A DNA stretch of 64,000 bases from the IMG/VR virus record IMGVR_UViG_3300029554_000001. One strand, 5' to 3'. Under the pieces are notes generated by a model, which did not search any database, had not been told where the DNA came from, and worked only from the letters and a program-made list of their open reading frames with translations. The position numbers were made by a program, and so were the translations under genes. Of this stretch, positions 62,448-64,000 are shown in pieces. Numbering within the stretch: position 1 is the first letter of the stretch; every line of letters starts with the position of its first letter. The DNA comes from a virus.

Positions 62448-62680
62448 GTTGTTGTAGTAAGAAAGATGCCTATACACCTTTCTTACAAAAAGAGTGATTA
62501 TTAACCTTATCAGAAGTTATAATTCTTTAGGACGAGAATCGTAACAACATTTAAAGTATAATCTATTGTAATTATCTTCTACATTTATTACCTCCTGAAG
62601 ATTGATAGAAGTACTTATCAATATAGGTTAATAAGCACTACAAAACATTGGGACACTTGTTCGGAAGTGTCCCTTTTGCT
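62448..62680 (+). ncRNA. predicted antisense RNA covering peptide ORF j
   Basis: Promoter 62418-62446. 5' hairpin GTAAGAAAG-loop ATGCCTATACACC-CTTTCTTAC. Strong terminator GGGACACTT-GTTCGG-AAGTGTCCC 62650-62673 plus TTTT. Confidence 0.45.
62510..62584 (-). CDS. ATG-TAG small peptide, member j: MXKIITIDYTLNVVTILVLKNYNF
   Basis: CAGGAGG-6 nt-ATG TAG. Confidence 0.5.
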
Positions 62681-62739
62681 TTGTTTGGAGAAAGGCTATT
62701 TGTTTATACTCGTTAACCTTCCAGAACGAGTTGGATGAG

Positions 62740-62880
62740 TTAAATGTGGCGAATGTACCACATGAAACCCTTCTTACCTCCTGTGCATCTGTAGATGATG
62801 TACATGGAAGTAAGGCTGATAACACCAGCGATAGCAATGATACTACCAATGATGCTAACAATGAAGATAGCTTCCATCAT
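62740..62880 (-). CDS. small single-TM protein (46 aa) with basic C-terminus
   Basis: AAAGGAGG-10 nt-ATG 62880; MMEAIFIVSIIGSIIAIAGVISLTSMYIIY then RCTGGKKGFMWYIRHI. Confidence 0.5.
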   Translation of the reverse strand: MMEAIFIVSIIGSIIAIAGVISLTSMYIIYRCTGGKKGFMWYIRHI

Positions 62881-63003
62881 GTTCTTTCTACCTCCTTTCA
62901 TGATGGACTGCTGACTTTGGTTTCCCATCATCAGTGCCGTAGTAACCAACTACGACAGACAAGAGAGATTATTAGTCTCTCTTGTTTCGGGGTTGTGGAG
63001 AGG

Positions 63004-63327
63004 TTATTCCTTAACAGGAATAAGACCTCCTTCGATGGTGTAATAGGCGTACTCCTTGTCACCATCCTTATCAATATTGACAAGGTAGCGGACACGGGTA
63101 ACAACATCGTTGTCAGCCCACACACGGAATTCTTCCACGGAAGAGCAATCGTCTTCCACGCAGATTTCCACGTCAACGTAACCCTTGCGAGTAACATTGT
63201 TGTTGATGCGAACAGTGATTTCATCCACAGAATAGCCACCAATCGCTTCATCAGCGAAAGTGATGTCCATGTTGTTGAGGATGTTGGCGATAACACCAAA
63301 AATATTAAGAACGAGACGGTTTTCCAT
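63004..63327 (-). CDS. hypothetical protein (107 aa)
   Basis: AGAAAGG SD; first gene of the minus block within the window. Confidence 0.6.
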   Translation of the reverse strand: MENRLVLNIFGVIANILNNMDITFADEAIGGYSVDEITVRINNNVTRKGYVDVEICVEDDCSSVEEFRVWADNDVVTRVRYLVNIDKDGDKEYAYYTIEGGLIPVKE

Positions 63328-63710
63328 AATTTGCTACCTTTCTGGTTTTAACGTCTTATAACCTGACGAAATTATTGAGATTTATTAATTTCTTAACCAT
63401 TGAAAAAATGACCAAGAGATTAATTTTGAATGTTTGTGTAAATTAATTCTTAACTCTTCAGGATGAGAAGAAGCAAGGATTAATTTACACTGATGATTGA
63501 CTATTTATTCGAATGAGAACAAACAGTCAATATGCAAACCAAATGTACAAATGAATACACTTGAATTTACATTTACCTCTTAAGAAAGATTTAAGAAGTA
63601 CATAAAATCAGTTGGAAGTAGAGGTAGAAATAAAAAATTAAAAAAATTTTTCAAAAAATAAAAAAATTAAAAATTAAAAAAAATAAAAAAATTAAAAATC
63701 CCCACCCCGA

Positions 63711-63745
63711 CAAAAAAAGGATAGAAGCTATCACAGCCTCTATCC
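63711..63745 (-). terminator. intrinsic terminator (minus strand) after the partial right-edge gene
   Basis: Minus strand reads GGATAGAGGCTGTGATAGCTTCTATCC followed by TTTTTTT. Confidence 0.6.
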
Positions 63746-63753
63746 TTAAAATA

Positions 63754-63792
63754 TATTCAATTATATTATTCAATTACATTATTCAATTACAC
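63754..63792. repeat. 13-bp tandem repeat x3 (TATTCAATTA(T/C)A(T/C))
   Basis: TATTCAATTATAT TATTCAATTACAT TATTCAATTACAC, immediately after the stop of the right-edge gene. Confidence 0.75.
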
Positions 63793-63797
63793 CCTAC

Positions 63798-64000
63798 TTA
63801 CACATGCCCATCACTTATAACCCCAAGTAAATCATTCCAAAATGCCGATTCCCATTTTTTACTTCCGACATCCTTTTTACTCAATCCAATGCCATTTCTC
63901 TTGTTCGCAACATAATCTTTCATTACTCTCATTATTTTTTCGTTAATAACAAGACTTACTTTATCATTCCATAAAAATCCTTTGTATCTCTTACCTTTGT
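63798..64000 (-). CDS. 3' end of an unidentified gene continuing beyond the window
   Basis: Frame open from the window edge to TAA 63800-63798 (…KDVGSKKWESAFWNDLLGVISDGHV*). Followed by the minus-strand terminator 63711-63745. Confidence 0.45.
   Translation of the reverse strand, partial: KGKRYKGFLWNDKVSLVINEKIMRVMKDYVANKRNGIGLSKKDVGSKKWESAFWNDLLGVISDGHV

Noticed and set aside
1-64000. Suppressor tRNA (anticodon CUA) or any other tRNA/rRNA
   Set aside because: I scanned non-coding gaps for T-arm-like GGTTCGAAT/GTTCAAAT motifs and cloverleaf-sized GC-rich segments and found none. By-eye scanning has limited sensitivity. The recoding machinery, if any, must lie outside this window.
1-64000. 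TGA reassignment (code 4-like)
   Set aside because: TGA terminates about two dozen well-delimited genes, several with ATGA/TGA-SD coupling to the next gene. I saw no gene that requires TGA read-through.
63798-64000. Calling the right-edge partial gene an integrase or recombinase
   Set aside because: Only 67 C-terminal residues are visible and they contain no diagnostic motif. I left it as unidentified.

Overview
AT-rich, densely coding 64-kb window. It reads like accessory or early DNA of a large (possibly jumbo) phage or phage-plasmid with a Firmicutes-type host. Support for that host type: strong GGAGG/AAGGAG ribosome-binding sites and TTGACA-N17-TATAAT promoters, often with a TGn extension.

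Two convergent blocks:
- About 69 mostly small plus-strand genes (1-35.6 kb), arranged in short promoter-headed cassettes.
- About 58 minus-strand genes (63.3 to 36.3 kb).

I recognised no capsid, tail, terminase, polymerase, rRNA, tRNA or CRISPR array.

Recognisable products:
- TnpB (IS200/IS605-type RNA-guided nuclease) with a probable 3' omega-RNA
- a GIY-YIG homing-endonuclease-like gene
- a DUF932 protein and two PcfJ-like proteins
- a SprT-like metalloprotease, a class-I SAM methyltransferase and a ParB/Srx-fold protein
- a BI-1/YccA-like membrane protein
- a NAGPA+SPOR wall-binding hydrolase and a SleB-like wall hydrolase
- a YkuK/DUF458-like protein

Everything else is orphan. Many genes are Zn-ribbon proteins, and many sit in paralogous pairs or triplets.

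Main observations:
1. TAG is never a convincing stop. It lies in frame inside at least 6 longer genes, which suggests amber reassignment or read-through (a code-15-like situation).
2. These TAGs cluster near gene 5' ends.
3. Ten short SD-preceded minus-strand ORFs are present. Nine encode one family of ~24-residue hydrophobic peptides and the tenth (60367-60522) is a 51-codon outlier. Nine of the ten start ATG-TAG. Each is embedded in a repeated module with a convergent plus-strand sigma70 promoter, a 5' hairpin with a conserved loop, and a terminator. This is a type-I toxin-antitoxin-like architecture whose peptide synthesis would depend on TAG decoding.
4. There are several repeat- or iteron-rich non-coding islands and a mobile-element hotspot (GIY-YIG gene, nested inverted repeats, structured GC-rich segment, TnpB).

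Coordinates of non-CDS elements were derived by hand and may be off by a few nucleotides. All family names come from motif recognition by eye, not from searches.
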